From Candidatus Aminicenantes bacterium (GTDB lineage Bacteria; Acidobacteriota; Aminicenantia; Aminicenantales; UBA4085): DNA of 64,000 nt. Under the pieces are notes generated by a model. That model had not been told where the DNA came from, ran no database searches, and worked only from the letters and a program-made list of their open reading frames with translations. The stretch is taken from NCBI GenBank assembly GCA_963803915.1, contig CAWDOL010000014.1, positions 99,987 to 163,986 of the forward strand, read 5' to 3'. Made by a program: the position numbers and the translations under genes. The first letter of the stretch is position 1. Each line of letters opens with the position of its first letter. This document shows positions 20,823 through 32,905 of the stretch, piece after piece.

Positions 20823-21454
20823 TCCGGCTTCCGCCCGAGGAGCATCTCGCGGCGGTGGAAGCCCCAGCTGACGGCGATGATCGCGACCTGGATGCGCCGG
20901 CAGGCGTCGATGTCGCGCATCTCGTCGCCCACATAGACGACCTCTTCGCGCTTCAGGCCGTGCACCCGCATCAGGTGGAGCAGGGCTCGATTCTTGCCGA
21001 ACAGGTTGGACTCGGAGTGGATGAAGTCGAAGATGTCCAGGTCCCGGGCGCGCAGGAGCTTCTGCACGTTCTCGCGCGAGTTCGAGGTCAGAATGCCCAG
21101 CCCAAAGCCCTCGTCCTTGAGCTCGCGGATGAGCTCACGGATGCCCGGGAAAAGGTCCACATCGCCCAACCGGCGGTGGAGCTCCTTCTGCGAGCGCAGG
21201 ATGAGGCCGGGGACCTTGGTCAGGGGGATGTTGTACTTGCGGATGATGGCCATGTTGGACAAGCCGCGCAGGGTTTCCACGTCGTGCTCGTCGAGCGGTT
21301 GAATGTGGAACTCCTCGGCATGGTCGTTGACCATTTCGATGATGACGGGGAAGGTGTCGGCCAGGGTGCCGTCAAAGTCGAAGATCAGGGTAGGGCGGTC
21401 CGTCTCCCGCACGGGGACGGAGGGACTCGTTTCGACCACCTGAAGAGACGACAT
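20774..21454 (-). CDS. HAD-superfamily hydrolase (phosphatase, PGP-like)
   Basis: Motif I LIFDFDGTLADT. 226 aa. The 3' end overlaps the GT-C paralog B 3' end convergently. Confidence 0.75.
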   Translation of the reverse strand: MSSLQVVETSPSVPVRETDRPTLIFDFDGTLADTFPVIIEMVNDHAEEFHIQPLDEHDVETLRGLSNMAIIRKYNIPLTKVPGLILRSQKELHRRLGDVDLFPGIRELIRELKDEGFGLGILTSNSRENVQKLLRARDLDIFDFIHSESNLFGKNRALLHLMRVHGLKREEVVYVGDEMRDIDACRRIQVAIIAVSWGFHRREMLLGRKPDYLVDSPEEIRSIMMG

Positions 21455-21537
21455 GCGTTCATGGCCTCACACTATTATACGTCCGGGGGACCCGAAAGGT
21501 CAATGAAACGGCGGGTCTGAGGCGCTTTAGGGAGCCG

Positions 21538-22566
21538 TCAGCGGACAAAACGTTCCACTGCCGGTCGGCGCGGATAGGCGTCCAGCTCGAGGGCGGGCGG
21601 GATCGGCTCTCCCCTCTCGAGCTTGGTCAAGGCCAGGGCGCCGACCATGGCCGCGTTGTCGGTGCAGAGCTTGCCGGACGGCACGGCCCAGGCCAGGCCG
21701 TGGGAACGGGCCTCCTGCTCGAAGCGGGCCCGGAGGCGCAGGTTGCGGGCCACACCGCCGCAGAGGATGACGGACTTCGGGTCCGCCTGTTCGGCCGCCC
21801 GGAGCAGGTTCCCGATCAGGGCCCGGGTGACCGCGGCCTCGAAGCTGGCCAGGAAGTCGGGCAGGCGCTTGTGGTCCTTGTCCAGGCCGCTTTCGCGGAC
21901 GTGGCGGATGGCCGCCGTCTTCAGTCCGCTGAAGCTGAAGTCCAGGCTGCGATCGGTCATGCGGGGCAGGACGAACGTGAAGGCCTCGGGGTCGCCGGGC
22001 TCGGCCAGCCGCTGAATGATCGGCCCGCCGGGGTAGCCCAGGTCGAGAAACTTGGCGATCTTGTCCAAGGCCTCCCCTGCCGCATCATCCCTGGTCCGTC
22101 CGAGAAGCTCGAGGCGCAGACGCTCGCGGAGCAGGAAAAGCGAGGTGTGGCCGCCGGAGACGATCAGGGCCAGGGCCGGGAGCGGGGTCGCGGGATGCTC
22201 GAGGAAAGCCGCCTCGATGTGGGCCTGGACATGGTCCACACCGACGAGCGGTTTGCCGAAGACATAGGCCAGGCCCTTGGCGAAGGAGACGCCGACCAGG
22301 AGCGAGCCGATCAGGCCGGGCCCTTGCGTCACGGCGAAGGCATCGATGTCGCTCGCGGCCAGGCCGGCCTGGGCCAGGCTTTCGGCCACAACGGGGGCGA
22401 TAGCCTTCAGGTGCTGACGGGAGGCGAGCTCGGGCACGACGCCGCCGTATGGGGCATGTATCTCGTCCTGGGAGAGGACGATGTTGGAGAGGATGCGAGG
22501 GGCGTTGCCCTCTAAGACGGCGGAGGCCGTCTCGTCGCAAGATGTTTCAATCGCTAGAATACGCAT
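21538..22566 (-). CDS. tsaD: tRNA N6-adenosine threonylcarbamoyltransferase
   Basis: MRILAIETSCDETASAV...HAPYGGVVPE, Kae1/Gcp family. Confidence 0.9.
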   Translation of the reverse strand: MRILAIETSCDETASAVLEGNAPRILSNIVLSQDEIHAPYGGVVPELASRQHLKAIAPVVAESLAQAGLAASDIDAFAVTQGPGLIGSLLVGVSFAKGLAYVFGKPLVGVDHVQAHIEAAFLEHPATPLPALALIVSGGHTSLFLLRERLRLELLGRTRDDAAGEALDKIAKFLDLGYPGGPIIQRLAEPGDPEAFTFVLPRMTDRSLDFSFSGLKTAAIRHVRESGLDKDHKRLPDFLASFEAAVTRALIGNLLRAAEQADPKSVILCGGVARNLRLRARFEQEARSHGLAWAVPSGKLCTDNAAMVGALALTKLERGEPIPPALELDAYPRRPAVERFVR

Positions 22567-22579
22567 CGTCCGATACCGT

Positions 22580-23609
22580 TCAGTCGCGCCAGGCGGCGAG
22601 CGAGGCCTCGTAGGGCGGAGTCGCCACACCCTTCTCCGAAATGATGGCCGTGATGTAACGGGCCGGGGTGACGTCGAAGGCCGGGTTGCGGACGGCCGCG
22701 TCCGGAGGCACGATCAGGCGACCGTTGATCTCGCGGACTTCGGCCGCCGGCCGTTCCTCGATCGGGATCTGGCCGCCATGTTCCAGGCTGAAGTCGAAGG
22801 TGCTCAAGGGAGCGGCAACCGTGAACGGGACGCCGTTCTCGCGGCAAAGCACGGCCACGGAGTAGGTGCCGATCTTGTTGGCCGCGTCGCCGTTGCGGGC
22901 GATACGGTCGGCCCCGACCACCGCGAATTGGACCTCGCTCTTGTGGATCAGCCAGCCGGCCATGTTGTCGGTGATGACGTGATAGGGAATGCCCAGCTTG
23001 CCCAGCTCCCATGCCGTAAGCCGCGCGCCCTGTAGGAAGGGGCGGGTCTCGTCGACCAGGACGCGGATCTTCTTGCCCGCCTCCCAGGCGGCGCGGATGA
23101 CGCCGACGGCCGTCCCGTAGCCCGCGGTGGCCAGCCCGCCCGCGTTGCAGTGGGTCAGGATGGTGGCTCCGTCGGGGACGAGGGCCGCGCCGTTCTCGCC
23201 GATGCGGCGGCAAATGTCTTCGTCCTCGCGCTCGATTTCCTTCGCTTCCTCGAGAAGCCGTTCCTGAAGGGTCGGCCAGCGACAAGCCGCGGTTGGCCTC
23301 GAAGACGCGCCGCATCCGTTCCAGGGCCCAAAAGAGGTTGCGGGCGGTCGGCCGCGTCCGCCACAGGCGGGCCTGGATCCGGTCGACCTCGGCCGCGACG
23401 TCGGCGCCGGGCTTGAGCCGCAGGACGCCCAGGGCGAAGCCGTAGGCCGCCGCCACCCCGATGGCCGGAGCGCCGCGGATGACCATCGTCTCGATGGCCT
23501 CGGCCACCCGGTCCTCGTCCGTGAACTCGAGGTAGATTTCCTCCAGCGGCAGCCGCCGCTGGTCGATCATCACGACCTTGCCGTCTTTCCATTCAATCGT
23601 CGGGTGCAT
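22580..23609 (-). CDS. mtnA: S-methyl-5-thioribose-1-phosphate isomerase (eIF-2B alpha/beta/delta family), 1-bp homopolymer frameshift near 23285
   Basis: N-terminus [21 protein letters not shown]...[15 protein letters not shown]. The C-terminal 235 aa continue in another frame ([25 protein letters not shown]...[12 protein letters not shown]...). Removing one C of a ccc run restores ...[15 protein letters not shown]. Confidence 0.8.
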
Positions 23610-23757
23610 CAGAGTCTCCGTTCTTTTCTTGGGCCTTATTATACGGGACTCGGCCGCGTCGTCACAGGCGGCAAGAAGACTCTCTCTGACCGATTAGAAA
23701 AGCAGAATTCGAGAAGTTATTTTGGCTTAAGGGCGAGGGGCATGGGAGGCAAAACCC

Positions 23758-23875
23758 ATCGACGAGGGAGCGGGCATGGTTCCCTGCCCTTGGCAGGGAG
23801 AGCGACCGAGTCGGCCGGAGCGAACGCCCTCGCTGGGGGCGTGAGCGTGTTTTGCCTCTCATCCCCGAGCCCCCT
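23758..23875 (+). repeat. ~110-nt structured element, copy 2 (same family as 14958-15070)
   Basis: gacgagggagcgggcatggttccctgcccttggcagggagagcgaccgag...gaacgccc-tcgctgg-gggcgtg. Lies between the lepA stop and the mtnA start. Confidence 0.5.
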
Positions 23876-23877
23876 TC

Positions 23878-25668
<1,791 letters not shown>

Positions 25669-25890
25669 AAGGGGGCAGTATTTTGGCAGATTCGGGGGCG
25701 GCGGTCAACGCCGCCGGCTCTCCGGCCGGGGCTTTCTCACGGAATGCCGATGACTTCGACTCATTTTCGGGTGCTTGGAGAATGAGAATTTCGGGTGTTG
25801 CGATCGTCTTCTCTCATGGGAGCTTTGAAATGTTCCTTTGGTAATACACTTATTATGTGTATAATATGTGTATCCGCACGGGAGGCGGCC

Positions 25891-26118
25891 ATGATGCAGG
25901 TCCGGCATAACATCACCTTGGATGAAGAAGTCTCGCGGGAGCTCGAGACGATCGCCCGGGAGCTCGGCGAAAAGAAGAGCTATATCATCGAGAAAGCCCT
26001 AACCGCCTATTTCGATCTTCTCGACCTCAAAATGGCGCGGAAACGCCTTAAAGACATCGAAAAAGGCAAGGACGAGATCATCCCGGCTGAGAAGGTCTGG
26101 AAAGAACTGGGGATTTGA
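25891..26118 (+). CDS. Type II antitoxin, ribbon-helix-helix (RelB/ParD/CopG-like)
   Basis: 75 aa. RBS GGGAGG precedes ATG 25891. Upstream AT-rich box carries repeated tatgtgtat half-sites and TATAAT. The stop overlaps the toxin start (ATGA-type). Confidence 0.65.
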   Translation: MMQVRHNITLDEEVSRELETIARELGEKKSYIIEKALTAYFDLLDLKMARKRLKDIEKGKDEIIPAEKVWKELGI

Positions 26119-26402
26119 CATTGTACGAGATCGAGTTCACCGGTCGAGCTCGAACCGATCTGAAAAAGATCGCCCGCCCTCAGCAGAGGATCATCAAAGC
26201 CAAGCTCGCGATTCTGGCTGAAAACCCGGAAGCGCTGAAAAACAACATCAAGAGGCTGGCCGCGGACGAGGAAATCTTCCGGCTTCGGGCGGGCAGCTAC
26301 CGGATCATCTTCAAAAAGAACGATCGCCGGCTTCTCATTCTCATCATCCGCATCGGCCACCGGAAAGAGATTTATCTCTCCTTTCGCGGGGGCGGAGCGT
26401 AG
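26115..26402 (+). CDS. Type II toxin, RelE/ParE family
   Basis: 95 aa (MTLYEIEFTGRARTDLKKI...FRLRAGSYRIIFKKNDRRLLILIIRIGHRKEIY), typical RelE/ParE fold signature. Confidence 0.7.
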   Translation: MTLYEIEFTGRARTDLKKIARPQQRIIKAKLAILAENPEALKNNIKRLAADEEIFRLRAGSYRIIFKKNDRRLLILIIRIGHRKEIYLSFRGGGA

Positions 26403-27538
26403 AACGAGGTCGGATTCGAAGTGTAGACCGCGCCGGAGAAGACGCTTTCGTTCCCCCCGGCGAACTTGGTGGGCTGGGCCGCGCCCCTGGGGACAAGGAC
26501 GAGCTGACGCTGGATCCGGTGCTCGAACGCCCGCTGGTCGTCCCCCATCTTGAAGTAAAACGCGTTTCTCAACAGGAAGGGCTTCCACTCGGCCAGCACG
26601 GCTTCGCCCGCGCTGCAGACGACCGGCCGATCCGCCACCAGGGCCGCCTGGAGCTCGACCGCGCTCAAGGGTACGCCGTCGAGCTCCCCGACCGCCCCGT
26701 ACTGCCCGTCGGCCAGAACCCATTTGCGGAATTCCTCCAGCCAAACCTCGGCCACGGAATGGGCTTCGCTTCCGGTCTCCACGTCCCGCGGCAGGAGGCC
26801 GATGACGCGGGCCGGCCAACCGTAGGCGGTGGCGACGCCGGCCATCACGATCGCGTAATCCCGGCAGATGAATCGCCCGCCCTTCTGCGCCTCGCGCAGA
26901 ATCGTGACCGGATCCGCCTTCGAAGCCATCTGCGTCGAGCTGTGCGCCCAGCGCGAGCTGACCCAGCGGGCCAGCCGCCGCAGGCGTTCGAGGCCGTCCT
27001 GCGCGCCGGATACAGCGGCGTCGATCTCGAACTCTCGCCGCATCTCGGCGAACCGCGAATCGGCCGGGTCGTCGAAACGGACTTCGAATTCGGGCGCCGC
27101 CGCGTCGCGGACCCAGAGAAGCGTCGCCGGGCCGTACTTGGCCTTAACCTCGGCCAGCAGGGCGGCGAACTCGGGCTCGTCCCGCAGCGAATTCAAGTCC
27201 GTGTCCGAGCGGAATTTCTCATAGTCCTTAAAGCCGACCTCGAAGGCCCGGCGAAGAGAAACCAAGGCCGGAGGCTTGTCCCCGGCCAGGGCCTGAACGC
27301 AGCCGCTCATATAGAAGATCGCCGCCTTGGCCTCTCCGTTCTTCGTCTCCTCCGCGAGCTTCATCATCCGATCGAGGACGGCCAGCGATGCGGGCCAGTC
27401 CTTCTTTTCGTAAGCGCCCGTAAGGTCGGCGTTGAGAGCGCGCCACTGCACCTCGACGGGCGGGTTCTGCGGCCAAGCGGCCGCGACGGCCAGGATGAGG
27501 CCCAGGATGATGAGAAACAAGAATCTCAATCGGATCAT
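26372..27538 (-). CDS. Secreted transglutaminase-like cysteine-protease domain protein with TPR-like N-terminal region
   Basis: Signal peptide MIRLRFLFLIILGLILAVAAAW. Transglutaminase-core-like segment FICRDYAIVMAGVATAYGWPARVI. The 3' end overlaps the toxin gene convergently by 31 nt. Confidence 0.55.
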   Translation of the reverse strand: MIRLRFLFLIILGLILAVAAAWPQNPPVEVQWRALNADLTGAYEKKDWPASLAVLDRMMKLAEETKNGEAKAAIFYMSGCVQALAGDKPPALVSLRRAFEVGFKDYEKFRSDTDLNSLRDEPEFAALLAEVKAKYGPATLLWVRDAAAPEFEVRFDDPADSRFAEMRREFEIDAAVSGAQDGLERLRRLARWVSSRWAHSSTQMASKADPVTILREAQKGGRFICRDYAIVMAGVATAYGWPARVIGLLPRDVETGSEAHSVAEVWLEEFRKWVLADGQYGAVGELDGVPLSAVELQAALVADRPVVCSAGEAVLAEWKPFLLRNAFYFKMGDDQRAFEHRIQRQLVLVPRGAAQPTKFAGGNESVFSGAVYTSNPTSFYAPPPRKER

Positions 27539-28575
27539 GTTCGCTCCTTCGGCCCTGTGGATGTCGTATTCACCGCCCCGGATCCGGACGGGCCCTCGGC
27601 ATTCGACGGCATGACAAGGACGATCTTCCCCTTCACGTGCCCGGCGTCGAGATACCGCATCGCCTCGGCGGCTTCGCTCAAACGGAAACTCCGATCGATG
27701 ACGGGCCGGACCTTTCCGGCTTCGATGAAGCCCTTGAGGTCTTCCAAGTTCGCAGAGGTCGTCTTGGCCGATAGGATGCCCAGCTTTTTGCTGCGGCCTA
27801 TCGACTTCCACGGCCCCAGGAAGAGGGCCTGGAAGATCTGCCGGTTGGAGCCCCCGACGGCAACATAGATTCCCTTGGGTTTCAACGCCTTCTTGTAATC
27901 CGCCAGCGTACGATCGCCGTTGACGGCCAGAATCAGGTCATAGCGCCGTCCGTCCTCGACGAAATCCTCTCGCGTGTAATCCATGACCCGGTCCGCGCCC
28001 AGGGATCGCACCAGATCCAGGCTCCCGGGGCCGCAGACGGCGGTGACCTCGGCGCCGAAGACTTTGGCCAGTTGGACGGCGAACGTCCCCACGCCGCCGG
28101 ACGCGCCGTGAATCAGCACGCTCTGGCCGGGCCGGAGCTTCCCCTTGTCGCGCAGCCCCTGCAGGGCGGTCGCCGCGGCCATGGGGACGGCCGCCGCATG
28201 CTCGAAGGTCAGGCCGGCCGGCTTCAAGGCCAGCGCGCTCTCGCGGGCCAGGGCGTATTCGGCGAATCCGCCGGAGCCGAGGAACGTGATGTCGCCGAAG
28301 ACTTCATCTCCCGGCTTGAATCGCTTCGCCTTCCGGCCGACGGCCTCGATCCGCCCGGCGACGTCCGCGCCCAGAATCGGGTTCCGGGGTTTGAACAGGC
28401 CGCCGGCCATGCGGGCGATAAACGGCTTGCCCCTCATCATCCGCCAATCTCCTCTGTTGAGGGAGGCGGCCTTGACCTCGATCAGGACTTCATCGTCCTT
28501 GGGGACGGGCTTTTCCGCCTCCCCATACTCCAGGACGTCGGCCGAGCCGTACTTGTGAAAAAGGATCGCTTTCAT
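27535..28575 (-). CDS. Zinc-type/MDR-superfamily NAD(P)-dependent oxidoreductase (quinone oxidoreductase-like)
   Basis: MKAILFHKYGSADVLEY...GASGGVGTFAVQLAK nucleotide-binding motif. Confidence 0.8.
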   Translation of the reverse strand: MKAILFHKYGSADVLEYGEAEKPVPKDDEVLIEVKAASLNRGDWRMMRGKPFIARMAGGLFKPRNPILGADVAGRIEAVGRKAKRFKPGDEVFGDITFLGSGGFAEYALARESALALKPAGLTFEHAAAVPMAAATALQGLRDKGKLRPGQSVLIHGASGGVGTFAVQLAKVFGAEVTAVCGPGSLDLVRSLGADRVMDYTREDFVEDGRRYDLILAVNGDRTLADYKKALKPKGIYVAVGGSNRQIFQALFLGPWKSIGRSKKLGILSAKTTSANLEDLKGFIEAGKVRPVIDRSFRLSEAAEAMRYLDAGHVKGKIVLVMPSNAEGPSGSGAVNTTSTGPKERT

Positions 28576-28645
28576 GGTCTTCCAGGACCTCCTTGTCCGT
28601 TAAGATTATGACCGCATCGATGACCGGGCGGGACGGATCGAATCA

Positions 28646-29674
28646 TCACGTCCTCCCGGCGGACTCGCGAAAATCGCCCGGGGGCATGGTGATGACCACG
28701 CTTCCGCGCTTGGAGCCCGATTCGACGTATCGATGCGCTTCGGCCGCCTCGGCCATAGGGAAGCTCCTGTCGACGATCGCCCGGATCGCGCCCTCATCAA
28801 CAAGTGCCTTGACCGCAAGCAGGTCCTTGAGGCCTCCCGGCGCGAGAGCACAGATGACGCGCCGGCCGCCGAACAAGCGCGTCCGGATCGCCGCCAGAAG
28901 CTGCCGCGCCTTGAAGCTGGCGCAGATGAGAACGCCCCGGGGCGCGAGCGAACGGCGGCATCGCGAGAGGGGCGTCCGGCCCAGGATGTCGAAGATGACG
29001 TCATAGGTTTCGCCGCTTTGTGTGAAGTCTTGTTCGGCGTAGTCGATAGCCCGATCCGCACCCAGGGCCCGGACGTAATCGAGCCGGGGCGCGCCGCAGA
29101 CCGCGGTCACGTCGGCTCCGAAATGCTTGGCGATCTGCACGGCGGCGGTGCCGATCGCGCCGCTGGCCCCGTTGATCAGAATCTTTCGGCCAGGCTCGAG
29201 GTGCACCCGGCGCAGCAGGGCCAGGGCCATGACGGCTCCGTAGGGAATCGCAGCGGCCTCCTCGAACGACAGTCCGGCTGGCTTGGAGACCACCGGGGCG
29301 CTTTCGGGCAGGCGGATAAACTCGGCGTAAGCCCCCATGCGCTGGCCGGAATAGCCGAACACCTCGTCGCCGGGTTTGAAGCGCCTGACGTTCCGGCCGA
29401 CCTCCGCGACGGTTCCGGCCAGCTCGTTGCCCAGCACCCGGATCCTGGGCTTCCGCCAGCCCAAGGCCGCCTTGCTCATGAGCCAGAAAAGGAAAGGCAT
29501 GTTGAAACCGCGCGGGGTCACGGACTTGAAGCTTCGGGCCATGAGGTCGCCGAAGTTGACGCCGGCGGCCCGGACCCGGATCAGGATCTCGTTGTCCTTA
29601 GGCGCGGGCCGGGCCATCTCCTCGAGCCGCAGGACATCCGGCCCGCCGAATTCGGTATTCACGATCGCTTTCAT
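28646..29674 (-). CDS. MDR-superfamily NAD(P)-dependent oxidoreductase, tandem paralog
   Basis: MKAIVNTEFGGPDVLRLEE...GASGAIGTAAVQIAK. About 35-40% identical by eye to the upstream paralog. Confidence 0.8.
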   Translation of the reverse strand: MKAIVNTEFGGPDVLRLEEMARPAPKDNEILIRVRAAGVNFGDLMARSFKSVTPRGFNMPFLFWLMSKAALGWRKPRIRVLGNELAGTVAEVGRNVRRFKPGDEVFGYSGQRMGAYAEFIRLPESAPVVSKPAGLSFEEAAAIPYGAVMALALLRRVHLEPGRKILINGASGAIGTAAVQIAKHFGADVTAVCGAPRLDYVRALGADRAIDYAEQDFTQSGETYDVIFDILGRTPLSRCRRSLAPRGVLICASFKARQLLAAIRTRLFGGRRVICALAPGGLKDLLAVKALVDEGAIRAIVDRSFPMAEAAEAHRYVESGSKRGSVVITMPPGDFRESAGRT

Positions 29675-29742
29675 GGTCGTTGAGGTCATGGTCATATAAT
29701 TCTATCCTTTTCGGCTCCCTTTCATAGGAACGGGGCGCGCCT

Positions 29743-30396
29743 CTAGAGAGCGGCCGCGATGAGCCTGATCCCATAGGGGACCATGGCGGCGGACATGAGC
29801 AGCGAGGCGCCGAGGTTGATGATCTCAAGCCCGTCCGGCGTGCCCACGAACAGGACTCCGATCAGGAAGAGGATGCTCTCGCCGCGAGGCAGGGCTTGGG
29901 CCTGGAGAAGGCCGACCGACTGAAGGGCGAATCCGGCCGGAAGGAGCACGATCCCCCAAACGAGCTTCATCCAGCCCTTCTTAGCGAATATGGCCCGCAA
30001 GCCCGGCATCGCCGCCGAGAACTCCTCGTCCGAGACCGTGTCCAGAGCGCTCATGGTCAGGCAAAGAGCCCCTTTGTCGGCGGCCAGGATGATCGCGCCC
30101 AGAACGGCCGGGATCGCGCCCGCGAATCCCGCCCAGGCTCCCCGGCCCCCGCTCAAAATCCTCATGAAGTGAAGCGCCGCAACGACGAGGAGCGCGGTGT
30201 TGAGCGTGACCAGGCCGTGTCCCCATTGCAGCCGCTTATGTCCCCTCGCCCGAAGCATGATCGCTTCGGGCCCGAGCAGGCGCGGCTTAAAAAGACGTGG
30301 ATGAGAGGCGAATGCGAAGACGAAGACCAGCGGGAAGACGATGAACGCGGCCCCCGTGCCGATCTGTTGAAGTTGAGAGAGAAGGTTGGCAGGCAT
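29743..30396 (-). CDS. Integral membrane protein, unknown function
   Basis: 217 aa with about 6 hydrophobic helices. Confidence 0.4.
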   Translation of the reverse strand: MPANLLSQLQQIGTGAAFIVFPLVFVFAFASHPRLFKPRLLGPEAIMLRARGHKRLQWGHGLVTLNTALLVVAALHFMRILSGGRGAWAGFAGAIPAVLGAIILAADKGALCLTMSALDTVSDEEFSAAMPGLRAIFAKKGWMKLVWGIVLLPAGFALQSVGLLQAQALPRGESILFLIGVLFVGTPDGLEIINLGASLLMSAAMVPYGIRLIAAAL

Positions 30397-30574
30397 CAGT
30401 TTCTCCTGGCTTTGTGCAACTTGGGACTCCTTCGATCCGCGCCATCTCCGGACGCGTCGCTAAACTATACGCGCCGCCGCGGGGAGCGGATATCGGGAAA
30501 CCGCCTGATTATGGGAATTCATACCTATTCCTGATGCCCCGCAGCCGATTCCGGGGGGCACGTCGGCGGCCGGC

Positions 30575-31621
30575 TTGCCAGGAGCGCCCCCTTTCCCTAT
30601 AATCCCCCGCATCGAGGGACAGGCCCCAGCTTTGAAGCACTTCAACGTCCTGACCATAGTCCTGATTCTGACCGTCGGGGTTTGGACGATCGTCGAATTC
30701 CGCCAACGATCCCGGCGCTTCCCCGAGCACAAGCTCGGCGGTCTGTGGCTGTTCCTGATCTTTTACAATGCCCTAGCCGTGGTCGTTTTTCTCAGCGCCT
30801 ACGGGGAGAGCAATTTCGCCCCAGACCAGCTGGTGAAGCTGACCTTCTGGTACAAGATCGGCGAATGGCTGGTCCTGGCCGCGCTCGTCCTGGGTGCCCA
30901 TATCTCACTCTACGCGTTCATTTTCCGGCGCCGGGATAAAAGCCTACCGGTTTGGCTGATCGCCGTCACGGCGACCTTCGTCGTCGCGGTGATGGTCTGG
31001 TACTTCCTGGCCATGAAATATCCGTCTCTGGCCCCCTCGCGGCCGGACAATACCTTCTGGCTTGCCCTCGTCTGGCCGTCGGGCCTGCTCGACATGATCT
31101 GGCTCGGTATCCTGCTGGCGGGAAGCCGAAAGGCCGTCGATCCCGGCCGGCGGAAGGTCGATGCCGCCTTCGCTTGGCTGATGCTGATCCGCTATCCCGT
31201 GCACCTGACCTTGAGCGTCTGGACCCCGGTCGGAGCGATGGCCTTAGCCCTGACGCTGACCCGGCTTCTCGGCCTCTACACGAATCTGGTGCCCTTGATC
31301 TGGCTCAAAGCCTATTTCCTCCCCTGGGCGGACAGCCTGGGCAAGGTGCTGGGAGCCCGCTTCGACCTGGCCGCGATCGGTCGGGCACGCAGCCTATCCG
31401 CCCGCGAGATGGAGATCCTGAAGCTCATGATCGACGGCAAGAGCTACAAGGAGATCGAGAGCGAGCTTCACATCTCGATCCACACGGTCAAGAGCCACGT
31501 CTACAGCCTCTACCGCAAGATGGACGTCAAGAGCCGCCACCAGCTGATCCACCGGATCGGCGTCTACGGCGGCGGCGCCGCCGCGCCCCTGCCCGCCGAT
31601 CGGCCGAATCACCCGGTCTAA
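30575..31621 (+). CDS. Membrane-anchored LuxR/GerE-family transcriptional regulator (polytopic N-terminal domain + C-terminal HTH)
   Basis: About 7 TM helices, then SAREMEILKLMIDGKSYKEIESELHISIHTVKSHVYSLYRKM (LuxR HTH). Confidence 0.65.
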   Translation: MPGAPPFPIIPRIEGQAPALKHFNVLTIVLILTVGVWTIVEFRQRSRRFPEHKLGGLWLFLIFYNALAVVVFLSAYGESNFAPDQLVKLTFWYKIGEWLVLAALVLGAHISLYAFIFRRRDKSLPVWLIAVTATFVVAVMVWYFLAMKYPSLAPSRPDNTFWLALVWPSGLLDMIWLGILLAGSRKAVDPGRRKVDAAFAWLMLIRYPVHLTLSVWTPVGAMALALTLTRLLGLYTNLVPLIWLKAYFLPWADSLGKVLGARFDLAAIGRARSLSAREMEILKLMIDGKSYKEIESELHISIHTVKSHVYSLYRKMDVKSRHQLIHRIGVYGGGAAAPLPADRPNHPV

Positions 31622-31717
31622 GGCGATCCGCGCGGCCATTTTGGCTGGAGGCGCCCCCAGCGGCCGCGGAACGACTCCCCCGCGTCACAAGGACGCTTCC
31701 TATGCGGAAGAGGACGA

Positions 31718-32905
31718 TTAATGAACCGTTCCAACTTCGCGAGCCGGGGCTTTTCTCCAGATCGGCGTCGAACAATCCCCGAAAAGGTGCCATCGCCTGA
31801 ACAGCCTTTCCGCCCGCTCCTTGCCGAGGGATTTCATGGCGGCCAGCGTCCCCCGGTAAAACAGCTCGCCGATCGTCTTGACGCTCTCATCGAAATAGAA
31901 AACCATGAAGACTTCTTTTTGGGCGGCGATGCAGGCGCCGGGGTCCATGGAGGTGGCGCCTCCCAGGAAGGCGATGGCCCCGGCCGGCTTTTCGACGGTT
32001 CCGGCTTTCATGAACGCTTCCGCCAGGCAATCGCCGTCCTCTATCCAGAAGCTTCCGGTGCTGCATGCCGCTCCATGGATGATCGGGAATCCCGTGTCGT
32101 GGTTTTTTAGTCCGGCCGCGTCCGTCCGCGAAAACGGGAGGCTTCCGAATGCGGTCGGGCTCCCGTGGCCGTGGTGGGCGATGAAATTGACTCCCGTCGT
32201 TTCGATCGCCTCGCGGATTTTTTGCGTGACGTCGGCATCCGATTCCATGATTTTTATCACCTGGTCAAAATAGTCCGGGCGGGCTTTCAGCCGGCCCTCC
32301 AGCTTGGCGGCGTGGTCCAGGCCGTCAAAGCCCGTCATCGAAGCGATGGCGGCCCGTCGAATCCATTCGAAATGCTCGAAATCGCCTTTTTCGTACTTGA
32401 GGATCTTGTTCAGCTGGTTTTTGAGCTCGGCCGGCGTATTGACGGAGATTCTCGAAATCAAGGCGTCTCCGATCAAGTCATCGCCTTCCAGAAGAGTATA
32501 GCTTGGGTCGGAGGGATATCCTTCCCTCCAGTATTCCCGAGATGACGGATCGGGGAGCATGAGGCTGGGGACATCGTCGATATCTCCGATCAGGATGATA
32601 TAGTCGAGGCCGCCTCGATCATACTTGTTCTGGAGTTTCTTCCGGATCCCTTCCGCGCCTTTTTCGGCCGAGAGAACATCGACCTCGACCTCAAAACCGC
32701 GGGATTTCTTCCAACGGATGTATTCGCCGAGGGTGCTTTGATATTTCGGAACGGAGACGATCAGCATCTTGTTTCCGAAAATCTCGCCCTTGGAAGGGTC
32801 GGGTTCCGGAGAAAGCGGCCGAAAGCTCGTTGCGCCCGACATCACGAGGAGGCAGAGGAAGAGGCCCGAGATGGGAGAAAGCATGGAATGTTTAAACCGG
32901 TTCAT
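31718..32905 (-). CDS. Peptidase C25 (gingipain-like) family cysteine peptidase, secreted
   Basis: Signal peptide MNRFKHSMLSPISGLFLCLLVMSGA. DYIILIGDIDDVP. Catalytic His/Cys contexts HHGHGSP and HGAACSTGSF. Lower GC than surroundings. Confidence 0.6.
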   Translation of the reverse strand: MNRFKHSMLSPISGLFLCLLVMSGATSFRPLSPEPDPSKGEIFGNKMLIVSVPKYQSTLGEYIRWKKSRGFEVEVDVLSAEKGAEGIRKKLQNKYDRGGLDYIILIGDIDDVPSLMLPDPSSREYWREGYPSDPSYTLLEGDDLIGDALISRISVNTPAELKNQLNKILKYEKGDFEHFEWIRRAAIASMTGFDGLDHAAKLEGRLKARPDYFDQVIKIMESDADVTQKIREAIETTGVNFIAHHGHGSPTAFGSLPFSRTDAAGLKNHDTGFPIIHGAACSTGSFWIEDGDCLAEAFMKAGTVEKPAGAIAFLGGATSMDPGACIAAQKEVFMVFYFDESVKTIGELFYRGTLAAMKSLGKERAERLFRRWHLFGDCSTPIWRKAPAREVGTVH

